A stretch of DNA of 64,000 nucleotides from Octopus bimaculoides (taxonomy: Eukaryota): positions 68,809,188 through 68,873,187 of the forward strand of contig NC_068989.1 of the NCBI RefSeq assembly GCF_001194135.2, written 5' to 3'. The translations under genes and the position numbers were made by a program. The stretch's first letter is position 1; each line of letters begins with the position of its first letter. Of the stretch, positions 10,801 through 21,910 are shown piece by piece. The notes below the pieces were generated by a model. It saw only the letters and a program-made list of their open reading frames with translations. It was not told the origin of the DNA and did no database searches.

Positions 10801-13800
10801 AACAAATGCATGCATTTCTATTTACATATACACAAATCTTGCACACAGTATGAAATAATTGGAAACAGAGCTGTTGTATAGAGTAACAAGTTCTTGGCAG
10901 AATGAAACTGCATGAATGAAAAACAACGAACTATTTCAGGAACATCATAATCATTTCAACGTTCACTCTTCCATGCTTTCTTGGATTGGACAAAATTTTC
11001 TGCAACTGGATGCCTTTCCTGTTGCCAACCCTTACCTGTTTTCCAGCAAGGTCATATTTTCTTATGACCAGACATGACTTTGTGAAAGATTGGAAATAAA
11101 GTACACAACCTGTACGATAGTGAGCTTCATTTACATCCATCAAGTGATGTCAAACCAAGGAGAGAGGTGGTGGGGAGATACATTCTATGGGCACCTTTTC
11201 AGTTTCTGTCTACCAAATACACTCAAGACTTTGATTAACCCAATGTTATGGTAGAAGACATTTGACAAAAGTGTCAGACTGTGAATGGGAAGCAAACTTC
11301 TTGACCATACCCTAACATCTTAAGAGAAAAGAAGGACCTGGTCAAATAATGTTTTAGATACACTTTATGAGGGAGAGAAAAAAAACTTTTAGTTACAAGT
11401 GGAATACCGTTGATTAGAGTACTGACGATCTTAAAAGTATATTATTGCAATGGTGACTTTAAAATAATTTGCAGGAGTTATTCCCCTTATATACCTCATC
11501 AATACTACGAGAAAATTTTGAATAACAGTTTGTCTCGTTCGTTTCGAATACCTGTAGGTTATAAGTTATAACTTTGAAGAAAACACAGTGATTCTTCACT
11601 GGTGGGGTCTTATATATAATGGCGTGTAGAATACTGAGTTTTTTAAAAAATCCTTGGATGGGGAAAAAAAGTCAAACACTGCCCATGATATGTAAACCCA
11701 AATCTTCTGTAAACTTGACAGAGATTCTAATCATTATAACAAAGCAACACTTTGAATTGTCTCCATTCATTTAGAAGCTGAGTTCTTACCAGTGAGAATT
11801 GTTTGTTGTTTACATTATATAAATTTAGGAACTTCAAGAATTGAAGTAAATTATTTTAATGTTGGAACTCAAAGTAGATAAAGCTTTAAATAGCAGCATG
11901 AAGAATATTGGGTTCAAAAGAACCTTTGGATGGAAAAAAGTTCAAAGCTGCCAGTGGGATTGCATATATATATATATATATATATATATAAAGGAGCGTA
12001 GGCTTCAAGCTTTAAAGACTTTTTCACTTCCCAAGCGTGAAACTAATACATCTGTTTGTTGCTTACACCACCTGTCTTCGTCTTTTGTTTTTGTTTTTTT
12101 TTTTGTGAATTCTCCCTATATATAAAGGACCCCCTTCAGTCATGAATGATCATGGGGTTGCACCTACAAAGTTCCCCTCCAGGCATGGTTGTTTGTGGAA
12201 GGCCAGCAGTTGCCCATGCATACCAGCCTCTCCTCTCGATGCTATTGATGTTATCAGTAAAAGCAAAGGCTGATCAATACAGCTTGGCGCCAGTTGCATT
12301 GCAACGCATTTCTATAGCTAAGTGAACTGGAGCAATGTTAAATAACGTGTCTTGCTCAAGGACACAACCCAGTCCAGTAATCAAACTTGCTACCTCATGA
12401 TTCGACACTTTAACCACATACACAAGAAAGCAAGTGCATAAATGCAAAACAAGGTGAAAAAAATAGTACTAGAATATCAAAGGTAGTGTAATGTACTAAT
12501 TAAAGCCAGAAAAGAAAAAAACAGAGTTTCACATGATCATTCATCAGACAGTTGTGATGATACAACTCTCCTACAAATGGTCACATGAAATTGAGTAACA
12601 AATTTTTTTCTGGCTTTAGTAAATAGTGTATATATATAACAAAAGCTATGGTTAAGAAGTTGGCTTTTAAAAAAAGAGTTTCAGATTCTGTTCCACTGCA
12701 TGGCACCTTGGGCAAGTTTATTCTGTTATGGCCTCAGGCCAACTGAAGCTTTGTAAACGGATTTGGCAGGCTGAAATGCAAAAAAGCCTATTGTGTGTGT
12801 GTGGTTCTTTTGTCTTGTCATCATATAGTAGTTGTAAATCAAATGAGTGTTACCATAATACAATCAATGTCATTTGTTTCCCATGTTCCTTGAAAACATG
12901 TCCAACCACAGGGAAAATATTATGTTGCTTGGAAATAGATGAGACTTAATGACAGTGAGGAAATCTGCCTCAACAAATTCCTTCTGATCTATGTGAGCAT
13001 AGAAAAAAAAAATACACAATATGATGATGGGGATCTTGATATTTGTATAGTATTTGCTAGTCAAAATGAATGTCCATGAATCCTGAGATCCCAGGTTCAA
13101 TCCCAGTGAGAGTTATCTTTGGCAATCATCTTATACAGTAGCCTCAGGTTGACATGTGCTTGGTGTGTGGAATTTGGTAGGCACACACCATATAGAAGTG
13201 GTGGGGTATGGCTTAGTGGTTTGGGTATTGAACTCATGCTCATAAGATTGTGGTTTCAGTTCCTGGACTAGGTAATGTGTTGTGTTCTTGAGCAAAACAC
13301 TTCATTTCATATTGCTCCTGTTCACTCAGCTGGCAAAACTGAATGGGGTGGGAGGAGTACATGTGTCAGAAAATCCGGGAAACCAGCCCTATCAGTCCAT
13401 GTGAGCCAGGAAGGAGCTCAACCTTTTTTTATCTTACTGTATACAAACCTGTCATGGATTGTAACTACAATTTGAAGATACAGTCTTGTCACATATTGTG
13501 TCTGTGGAATACTCAGCTCCTTGAACATTTTTTAACCAATACGTACTTCTAAATGCTCATCATCTAAACCAGTGGCTCTCAACTAGTTTTTCTCTATGGA
13601 CCCCTTTTAATTATTGTTTTATTCTGGTAGACCCCAACAGCCATTCAATGTGATAGGATTTTTTTAACCCTTTAGCATTCAGATTATTCTGTCCAATGAA
13701 ATGCTTATTTATTTGCATTGCTTTGGATTACACATGCATTACCTTTTTGTATTAAGATTTCAATGTTGTGATTGTTTATTTTTAGAATGACATTATAGGA

Positions 13801-16390
13801 TAGGTGTGAGAGGCTGAATATAGCCAGTCCCAACATAAAACAGGCAGAAATATGGGAGTTTGTTTGTATGACAGTCCCAACATAAAACATAGCCAGTCCC
13901 AGCATAAAACAGGCAGAATATTTGGACTAGATATGACCAGTTTAAATGCTTAAGGGTTAAAAACTAGTTCTATAGATACTTTTTTCAAAGCTCCTATTTT
14001 GTTTTTCACACATTTACTTGTGTAACCTGAACTGTGTCAAACGTTATAGAAAGGAACCTAGCAGTTTCTTGCTAAAAATCCATTTAAAGCAACATTTTTT
14101 CATGGACCTCTAAAAAAAAAACTGTGGATCCCCAATTTTGCTTGCATGGACTCCCAGGGATTGTATAGACCTTGGTTGAGAACCTCTCATCTAAGCCAAC
14201 AAGAGAGTCTTTTTGACCTTTTGGTTTCATGTCTTACCAGTGATTGAAAACCTTATATTTTTCTGATGATTGATCTATTGCAGCAGTAAAGGGTACTGGG
14301 TGAGGAAACAAACTATTTAATTACCTATAAGATACAGGCATGGCTGTGTGGCTAAGAAGTTCTCTTCCCAACCACATGGTTTCAGGTTCAGTCTCACTGC
14401 ATAACACCTTGGGTAAGTGTCTTTTACTATAGCCCCACATTGACCAAGGCTTTGCAAATAGATTTGATATGCATGTGTGTGGTGTTTTGTATGTCTTCGT
14501 TGCAATATGTCATTAGTTATAGATGAGGTCGCTGTCATACAAACAAACTCCCATATTTCCAGTTTTCAATAAAACCTGTCCAGTTGTGAGGATGTATTAC
14601 TTTGCTTGAAAAACAAGTGAGAATCAGTGACAAGAAGGGCATCCAGTTGTAGAAAATCTACCTCAACAAATTCTGTCTGATCCATGCAAGCATAGAAAAG
14701 TGGAATTGAACTCTTTAGCATTTTTAACCAGCCATACCCAGCCCAAATATTCTACCTATTTTATGTTTAAATTGGTTAGATCTGGCCTCTCACACTTACC
14801 CTGTAACGTAATTCTAAAAATAACAATCACATCATTGATGATGCATGGTTAATTCAGAACAGTGTGAATGCATAAGCATTGCATTTAGCAGATTAATCTG
14901 AACACTAAAGGGCTAAAGTGTTGCAGTGTTCATAAACAACAGGTGGGCCCATGCAGTTGCTGAGTGATATCCAAGAAATTGGAAAAGGGCCACTCGGAAG
15001 GCCTCCCTGACAATGGGAAAACAATTTGGTCAAACCAGTGGTTCTCAATCATTTTGTTTTTATCTATGGACCTCTTTGATTCCTATTTTACTCAAATGGA
15101 CCCATTTGATGTTTAAAAAAATCCTATCACATTTTTTGTAATTAAATATTATTGTTGAAGTATTTTGTGTATTGTAGAAGAATAACTGATTTATTGCACA
15201 TAAATTTTAACAACAAAATCATATATGAACCCCAGTTGAGAACCACAGAGTTTAAATACTTTGGGACAAGGTAGAAAAGAATAGCAGAATCAAGAAAGTA
15301 TTGGAGGTGCATTGCAACCAGCAATGTATAACATCTGATAGTCTCGTCATACAATTATATATGTATATATGTCTGGCTTCCATGCTAGTGGCCTGTAAAT
15401 AGCACCATTAGAGTGTAATCATTACCAGCATTGCCTTCTAGCACTTGTGCTGGTGGCCCGTTAGAAAATCATTCGAGCGAGGTCGTTGCCAGTGCTGCTG
15501 GACTGGCTCCTGTGCAGGTGGCACGTAAAAAACACCTTTTTGAGCATGGCCGTTGCCAGTACCGTGTGACTGGCCCTCGTGCCAGTGGCACATAAAAGCA
15601 CCCACTACACTCTGAGTGGTTGGCGTTAGGAAGGGCATCCAGCTGTAGAAACTCTGCCAGATTAGATTGGAGCCTGGTGCAGCCTTCTGGCTTACCAGTC
15701 CTCAGTCAAATTGTCCAACCCATGCTAACAGGGAAAGCAGATGTTAAACGATGATGATATATATATATGTATGTATAAAAATCAATGAGCAAGTAATACT
15801 CCAGACCAAACAAGAATTAATAAGGAAAGCTCATTTATTAAAAAATACAACCCACCGCTGAAGAGGATATAAAAAAAAAGCACTAGTAATACACAAGTCT
15901 CATTTTCCTATGAATTAGTTACTGTAGGATGTTTACTTGGGCTCATTCTTAAGAAAACCAAAATTCATGTAACAGCTATCATCTATCTTATTTACTCCTT
16001 TTTAACAAAGAAGGGATATGTTTTAACATGTTCAGTAGGACAAAAGTAGCACTAATTCATAACACTGTTCTTCAACAGAATAATAAAGAACAGTTATCTC
16101 TAACACTTTTATCTAAACTACTATATCACTTATTCATATCTCTCTCTTCTGTCAGGACTTATTCAGTGGAGAAAAGCTTTTGTGTGACCTTCTAGCACGA
16201 CTGCCACGTAAACTTAATTCATGAATGTTGACCAATCAACTTGTACATTAACAGAGAGTTTTTATGTGTCACATTCCTACTTTAAAACCAAGCTATTTCT
16301 ATAGCAACAGCCAGAATAGACATAATTCCATAGATTTAAACACTTTTGAAAATCTAATGTGAAAGTGAATTCCTATATTTTTAATAATAT

Positions 16391-16428
<38 letters not shown>

Positions 16429-19220
16429 TCTACTTGTATACAGTACTAAATACCTCATTGGAAACTAGTTAAAGAGCAGGCAGAAAGTGGCAGTGAAAGC
16501 AAAAACTGCATGTGTAATTCATGATAAATTATAAAGAAACAAAAAAGTGAACAGTAAAAGAGTCATAAAAAGGAAATAGTGCTTCAGTACATCTGGACTA
16601 ATGTTGGTGAATTTTAGGAACTTTCAAAGAATTCTGTGTCCTGACAGCTAACAATCCATCATCATCATCATCATCGTTTAACGTCCGCTTTCCATGCTAG
16701 CATGGGTTGGACGATTTGACTGAGGGCTGGTGAAACCAGATGGCTACACCAGGCTGCAATCTGATTTGGCAGAGTTTCTACAACTGGATGCCCTTCCTAA
16801 CGCCAACCACTCTGAGAGTGTAGTGATTGCTTTTACGTGCCACCGGCTCGAAGGCTAGTCAGGCCGTACTGACAACGGCCACGCTCGAAATGGTGTATTT
16901 TATGTGCCACCTGCACAAGAGCCAGTCCAGGGGCACTGGCAACGATCTCGCTCGGTGGGTAGTTTATTCCATGCTTTGACAATTTGGTAGAAGGGGGGTC
17001 ATATAGAATGCCATTACACAGGTGCATACCTTAAGGAAAAAAATAGAAGGCAATGAAGGGTTAAGTTGATGGAGACTTGTCAGAAATATAATAGATGAGA
17101 GACTTGTGTAGATATATATATATATTATTCCAAACACCATTACCGTTCTAATGACTACGCTTTTGCTATGTTTACATCAGTCGGTGAGTCTTGCTCAGTG
17201 TGCTATGTTGGGTCCTTACTGCAACCCTCCATTTTGGTAGTCGAGAATATAGGTCTGCAGCATGAAGTGGGTGTTGTGGTTTCTAGTCTATGCATTATAT
17301 AACTGACACAAAGCAAATGTGACAAGTTATGTGTGTGTATAAGTTTGTATGTACATATTGTCATCACTTTTATGAAGTTTGAGATTAGCCTTCACCACTT
17401 CATTGCATGTCTTTGGTCCCTATCTCTCTCTTTTCCAGCTATTTCAAGTACACACTACTTTTTTTATATGATTGCTTCACATGTCTATATCGGGCAGACT
17501 TCACTTTTGTATCTTATAACCAGTATTCTCATATCTAGATTTTCTCTGAGCTCATTCGTGCTTTGTTATTCATGCACACTAACATGACACCCAGCAGAGC
17601 ATGTTCACTTATTTCATTCTATCCATTGCAAAGCTTCCATATTCAAGGCCTACATTTCACTACTATGCAACTTTGCACTTTGTATACAAACATCATACAA
17701 TTTGGCCTTTGCCCTGAGATAGAGAGGAATTCCTTTTTACCAGTTAAGGTAATAGTTCCTTGATCTTACTCTGGTTACCATGCTTTCCTATAGAGTTCAT
17801 TTTACCATACAGGCACAAGACAGACATGTCAGCAGTACAGACAGCAATTTTTATAAGCTCTTCGGTTCTGATCTCTGCTCCATTTTCCCTTTCTTCCACC
17901 ACTGTACAATACAGCATTTTTCATTTCAAGTCCACATCTGTTAATCTTGCAAGTATCAGCTAATGCCCATATTGTTATCACTAGCTTATTTTATATCAAC
18001 AGTTTAACAATATACAGCCATACACCACTTTGTTCTGCTTTATCTGTTAAAATTAATACCTAAATTCTCAGTAAAACTTGCATTAACATATAATGGGTCA
18101 CGAGTACACATTAAATTTTTGCTCTTCTGATTTAATAGAGTACTCAGTAAAAAGAAGTGTATATGGTGTCATAAATAGATCTCCATTAATATTTAAGTGG
18201 CCACTAACATGTATCTCCTTAAACTAACACTCAGGCTGAATCAGCATGGCACACTGCATGACAAGTCTTTGAATTGCTAATGCAGTCCACCAAACTGGCT
18301 GTCACAGTTTCCATCCAGTTTTACTGAAGATTTAGGTAAATCCGAGGTCTTATTAGATCCTTGTCCAAGATATTATGCAGTCGCATTGAATCTGGAAATT
18401 TGTGGTTGCAAAATAAAATTTGACCCTTTGGTTACGGTCAGCTTTTTTTCTAACTCAATATGCTTGGTGGTGTGTTTAAGAAGTACACTTTCCAATCATA
18501 TGGTTTCAGGTTCATTCCCATTGTATGGCACCTTGGGCAGGTGTCTTCAGCTAAAGCCTTGTGAGTGGATTTGGTAGGCAGAAACTGAAAGGCGGCGAGC
18601 TGGCAGAATCATTAGTATGCTGAACGAAATGCTTAGCGGTATTTCGCCCATCACTACATTCTGAGTTCAAATTCTGCTGAGGTCGACATTACCTTTCATC
18701 CTTTCAGGGTCGATAAATTAAGTACCAGTTATGCACTGGCGTTGATGTAATCGACTTAATCTCTCTATGTTTAGCCCCTTGTGGGCAATAAAGAAATAAG
18801 AAACTGCTCAGAAGCCTATCATATGTGTGTGAGTTCATGTTTTCCAGATGTAACAAATTCCCTGTTCATTTGGGCATTTGCTTGCAGTCCACCTTTTGAA
18901 AGTTTGTCTCAGTTTCTTGATATGTTGCACTATCTCCATGCATGTTTACTGATGTTCAAGAAAGGGCACATTTAAATGTTCGTTTTTAGTTCTCTCTGCA
19001 TAACAATGTCTTGGCATCAGGAAATAAAATGATTATGATAAAAAATTAAAACTTGCTTAAAAACACTCTTTCAATTGTTACTTAAAATTTTATATTTCAG
19101 GGGTTTGGAGTAGCATCTAAATCAACACAAAATTGTCGAAGAGCAGACCCAATGGATATTGTTGCGTTTCATCAGGCAGACATTGGGGAATATCTCAGAA
19201 ATGAAGACAGAATAATCTAA
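1805..19220 (+). CDS. NIP7: NIP7, 60S ribosome subunit biogenesis protein, complete spliced CDS join(1805..1860,3552..3638,6343..6481,10633..10773,19101..19220), 180 aa
   Basis: Five GT-AG exons sum to 543 nt (180 codons + TAA) with consistent phases. The protein [180 protein letters not shown] matches the recalled NIP7 family sequence (PUA domain). Confidence 0.97.
3552..3638 (+). CDS. NIP7: NIP7 exon 2 ([28 protein letters not shown])
   Basis: Acceptor TTTATTTTCAG ends at 3551; donor GTAAGG at 3639; phase 2 at both ends. Confidence 0.95.
3665..3820 (+). mobile_element. Penelope-like terminal repeat fragment; second truncated copy at about 11991..12122
   Basis: GAAGAGCATAGGCTCGAAATGT...AAACTAATACA...CCTGTCTTCGTCTTTT...CTATATATA is shared between the two copies. 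PLE assignment is inferred from the hammerhead-like core. Confidence 0.5.
3891..4141. other. Assembly gap (N)
   Basis: Run of N. Confidence 1.
5202..5343 (+). repeat. Tandem duplication, period 79 bp
   Basis: CTTCTCAGCCAAAGCTACCCCAGA..ATAAATCTAACCAGAGTTTTGGTTCTTGTTTATAGG at 5202 and 5281. Confidence 0.85.
5511..5620 (+). repeat. 36-bp direct repeat, period 74 bp
   Basis: ATTTTAAGTGCAGGTGTTAAGAAAATACATGTTACA at 5511 and 5585. Confidence 0.85.
5700..6065 (+). mobile_element. Possible non-autonomous Helitron-like (HINE/DINE-type) element
   Basis: AAGTTTCATCAAGATCAGTTGGATAGT...CGACAGACAGA...TTTATGTATATAGAT resembles the 3' end of such elements; the boundary is uncertain. Confidence 0.4.
6343..6481 (+). 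CDS. NIP7: NIP7 exon 3 ([46 protein letters not shown])
   Basis: Acceptor GTTTTTCAG ends at 6342; donor GTTTGT at 6482; conserved [19 protein letters not shown] motif. Confidence 0.96.
7855..8726 (-). mobile_element. 5'-truncated RTE-clade LINE (end of ORF plus 3' UTR with (GAT)n tail), spanning an N gap
   Basis: 8726..8589 on - reads [46 protein letters not shown] (RTE post-RT LxGSETW motif). On the other side of the gap is the repeat ending GGACGTTAAACGATGATGATG in the same orientation. Confidence 0.82.
8130..8588. other. Assembly gap (N) inside the RTE copy
   Basis: Run of N. Confidence 1.
9041..9246. mobile_element. piggyBac-like MITE copy
   Basis: TTCACCCTTTAGCATTCAGA ... AAATACTAAAGGGTTAA. 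Confidence 0.7.
9773..10130 (+). mobile_element. tRNA-derived SINE with CORE-like CCTTGRGCAAGTG segment and GACTGAAAYAAGTA tail
   Basis: TGGCTCTGTGGTAAG A-box-like and GGTTCATTCCC B-box-like. Reverse-strand copies at about 19335..19595 and 24605..24965; partial copies near 41270, 48300, 54770 and 61200. Confidence 0.75.
10339..10550 (+). mobile_element. RTE 3' UTR copy (short, 5'-truncated)
   Basis: Nearly identical to the reverse complement of 7855-8129 and to other copies; ends GACGTTAAACGA. Confidence 0.85.
10633..10773 (+). CDS. NIP7: NIP7 exon 4 ([47 protein letters not shown])
   Basis: Acceptor TTCTCTCACTAG ends at 10632; donor GTAAGT at 10774; PUA-domain [15 protein letters not shown] motif. 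Confidence 0.96.
13570..14188. mobile_element. hAT-type MITE with 8-bp TSD, interrupted by a piggyBac-like MITE
   Basis: TIRs CAGTGGCTCTCAAC (13570) and GTTGAGAACCTCTC (ends 14188); flanks ATCTAAAC / ATCTAAGC (7/8 identical). Confidence 0.75.
13664..13960. mobile_element. piggyBac-like MITE (TTAA-CCCTTTAGCA ... TGCTTAAGGG-TTAA)
   Basis: TTAA target duplication and CCC-starting inverted ends. Further copies at about 9041..9246, 14706..14916 and 19653..19881. Confidence 0.75.
14335..14705 (+). mobile_element. SINE with the same tRNA/CORE-like head but an RTE-type 3' tail
   Basis: Head matches 9773..9930; ends AAGGGCATCCAGTTGTAGAAAATC...CCATGCAAGCATAGAAAAGTGG. Similar copies at about 12640..13030 and 52560..52910; tail-only copies at about 10945..11165 (-), 43105..43240, 44930..45215 (-), 54460..54700 (-) and 60215..60430 (-). 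Confidence 0.7.
15036..15248. mobile_element. Short hAT-type MITE
   Basis: CAGTGGTTCTCAA ... TTGAGAACCACAG inverted ends; interior resembles 13570..14188; TSD not preserved. Confidence 0.65.
15389..15758 (+). mobile_element. RTE 3' UTR copy with 3-4 internal tandem units
   Basis: Same family; repeated GCCAGT..ACTGGC..GTGCNGGTGGCAC..AAAA..CACC units; (GAT)n tail. Confidence 0.85.
16657..16955 (-). mobile_element. RTE 3' UTR copy
   Basis: (CAT)n at 16657 followed by the reverse complement of the family sequence. Confidence 0.85.
18590..18795 (+). mobile_element. tRNA-derived SINE with CCTTTCATCCTTTCRGGGTCGATAAA central domain
   Basis: GGCGGCGAGCTGGCAGAAT head and GAGTTCAAATTC B box. Copies at about 25232..25435 (+), 7030..7200 (-), 39850..40060 (-) and 58260..58410 (-). 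Confidence 0.75.
19101..19220 (+). CDS. NIP7: NIP7 exon 5 ([39 protein letters not shown])
   Basis: Acceptor TATATTTCAG ends at 19100; conserved [10 protein letters not shown]; TAA ends at 19220. Confidence 0.96.
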   Translation, partial: GFGVASKSTQNCRRADPMDIVAFHQADIGEYLRNEDRII

Positions 19221-19334
19221 CTTTTTTTTTAAAACTCAATTGTATATTTGTAGATGTATATATTTATATTTTTTTGCCTATTCATCTAAATAAATCATTT
19301 GAACTTATAAGCATTTTTGTTTAATATCTTTTTA

Positions 19335-19595
19335 TGCTTTACTTGTTTCAGTCATTATACTGTGGCCATGTTGTGGCTCACCCTTGAACTTTAGTCGAAC
19401 TAAACCCTTTATTTTCTTGCCAAACTGCTAAGTTACGGGGATGTAAACACACAAACACTGGTTGTCGAGTGGTAGTGGGACACACAATAGACTTCTTTCG
19501 GCTTCCCTCTACCAAATCCACTTGCCCAAGGTGCCGTGCAGTGGTACTGAACCTTCAACCATGTCATTGGGAAGCAAACTTCTTACAACACAGCC
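19335..19595 (-). mobile_element. SINE copy (family of 9773..10130), just downstream of the NIP7 stop
   Basis: TTTTACTTGTTTCAGTCAT tail and CTTGCCCAAGGTGCC core on +. Confidence 0.7.
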
Positions 19596-19989
19596 AGTGC
19601 AAATTTTTTTCATTTAAATTCATTAGACTTACTTGTGTGTGATTTTGTAACTTTAACCCATTAACATTTAAACCTGCCATATCAACCTAATTATTCCACT
19701 TGTTGTATGTTGAAATAAGCCATATCCGTGCCCCTAACACCTACTCTATGATATCATTCTAATAACTAATAGTTATATGTGAAAAAAATCTGAAAGCTAT
19801 AAGACAATTCATGGTTAATTCCAAAAATGTGATTAAATAAGCATCACATTTGACAGAATAATTTGAAAGCTAAAGGGTTATAGTTATAATAAAGGCAACT
19901 AGAGCTTCCAAATCCATTCTGTGCAATTCTACAAAATGGTTGATTATTTACCCATTTAGCAATTAGATTATTCTGTCAAATACTTGAAT

Positions 19990-20850
19990 TCAAAAAAATA
20001 TGAATTGAATAAGTATTTCTTTAAATTCTCTATTATTCAACCCTTTGCTTTTTTATCAAATTAACAGCCTTAGTTACAACCTCTATTATATTGCCCATCT
20101 TGAGAGATTTTGCACATAAACTTTTCAGATCCAAAAGATGCTTCTTAAATTCATTCTAAATCAGAGCTACGAACCCTTTTTCACAACCTACCATAGATGG
20201 TGTGCCATCTGTAGCAAGACCACTCATTTTTTTCATTCAGTAAATTAAAATCCTTTAAGGCAGAGTCAACCATTTGAAATAAATCTTCACCTCTAGTTGT
20301 TCCATGCATTAACTTCAAGGCAAGAAATTCTTCCCAAATGTTGAGTTTTGCAGTTATTCCACATATAAATATTACCATCCGAGCAGCATTAGACAGATCA
20401 GTTGTCTCATCAATAGCTAATGAATACAATACAAATTTGCTGAATCAGATCTTGGAGAATTATGAATATGATCAACAATATCTTTAATACAATTGGAAAC
20501 ACTTCTTGTAGGCTATTTCCAAACAAAGTTTTTCTGGGCATATATTCTCAACAGCAGTAAGGACACATTCTTTCACGAATTCACCATCACCATCACTATG
20601 TGGTTTGAGTTTTTTAGCAATATCTTTGCACACCACATTAGTTTGAGTTACTGATTCACTTTCAAGAAGTGACCTTTTGAAAAAAGCTTGTCTTTTGGTA
20701 AGATTTTCTTTCAAGGAGGCTATCTTGGCTAAACGTTCAGATACTTTCAAGCTTTCATAGGTCTTATGCTTACTCACAAAATGCCTCTCAATATTATATT
20801 TTTTATGAACGGCTACTTGCTCGTTCGTTGTAAATAAGACAAAGGCACAT
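19990..20850 (-). pseudogene. Decayed hAT (Charlie/Buster/SPIN-type, GTF2IRD2-like) transposase fragment
   Basis: Frameshifted pieces NEQVAVHKKYNIERHFVSKHKTY, VCKDIAKKLKPHS(DG)DGEFVKECVLTAVENICPEK, YSLAIDETTDLSNAARMVIF..EEFLALKLMHGTTRGEDLF (first catalytic D), MSGLATDGTPSMVG (second D) and LCAKSLKMGNIIEVVTKAVNLIK; stops and indels present. Confidence 0.88.
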
Positions 20851-21627
20851 CTATTTCAATAAGAAAAAAACCTTGATTTTTTTCTCTCTCTCTCTCGACC
20901 ACACAGATGTTGATAAGCGAGTGGGTAAGGAAGGGCGATAACTGATAAGCCGATGACAGGAAAGTAGTTCCTGTTGACCTTGACAATGACTGATAACAAA
21001 AATGCGTCACCCCTTTCGAAAAAAATTATTTTTCACTGCTTTTTCAGAAAAAAATTAGTAATAACTTATATTTTCGTTCACAAAGCACCAAATTAATAGT
21101 TTCTGTTTCGATGAAGTTTTACCAATTTGTTTTTGATTTTTAACAGATTTTAAAATATTTTTTGCTTACCGATTGACAGAATGAGGGTGAGTGTTGATGT
21201 TTGGAGATTTTTTTCGTAAAAATATGAAAAACGAAATAGGGAGTGGGGTTCTTGGATATGAATAATTTCTATACAGTACCTTCTACAACGATACATGCAA
21301 TATATTTTTAGTTTTCTCAGAGTGTACTTGACTTTTAAAGAGGTGATACAAACCTAGCAATGTGTTTTATAGTGATAACAAAATTTCCATTCAAGTCTAA
21401 CCGTTTTAAGTCGTAGTGGAAACGCGACCTATGTTGCAAATAGGCATACGAGTATTGTATAAATTTTATAAAAGAAAAATTTACAATATTTTGTACATAC
21501 GAGTATATCAGCCTGTGGGTGCAATAAAATTGGCTCTCATGGGCACAATTGCATTCACAAGTGGGGATTACCCTACCCCTGTTCTAAATTAATTGAAATA
21601 AAGGCAGTGTATTTCAACAGATGTGAA

Positions 21628-21910
21628 GGCTCATGGCTCAGTGGTTAGAGTGCTGGGCTCACAATGAGGTAGTGAGTTCGATTCCCAGACCTGACTGTGT
21701 GTTGTGTTCTTAAACAAAACAGTTTATTTCACATTGCTCCAGTCTATTCAGCTGCAGAAATGAGTTGCAATGTCGCTGGTGCTGAGCTGTATAACTCTTT
21801 GCTTCTCTCCTGGATAACATCAGTGGCATGGAGAGGGGAGGCTGGACTTGTGCCTCGGAAGGTAACTTTCTAGGTGTAATCACATGGGTCATTCATGACT
21901 GAAGAGGGTC
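21628..21910 (+). mobile_element. tRNA-derived SINE, third family
   Basis: TGGCTCAGTGGTTAGAG A box and GAGTTCGATTCCC B box. Reverse copy at about 12127..12417 and partial copy at about 13205..13420. Confidence 0.75.

Noticed and set aside
11470-11570. TTGATGAG and CGAAAC motifs on - suggesting a type II hammerhead
   Set aside because: The stem II strands are not complementary and C3 is missing.
15389-15605. Repeat-spacer-like periodicity resembling a CRISPR array
   Set aside because: The context is eukaryotic, the units are wholly homologous with no unique spacers, and they belong to the RTE 3' UTR.
1861-19100. Intronic box C/D or H/ACA snoRNAs, plausible in a ribosome-biogenesis gene
   Set aside because: No RUGAUGA...CUGA pair with terminal stem and suitable spacing was found outside repeats by eye; a snoscan/Infernal search would be needed.
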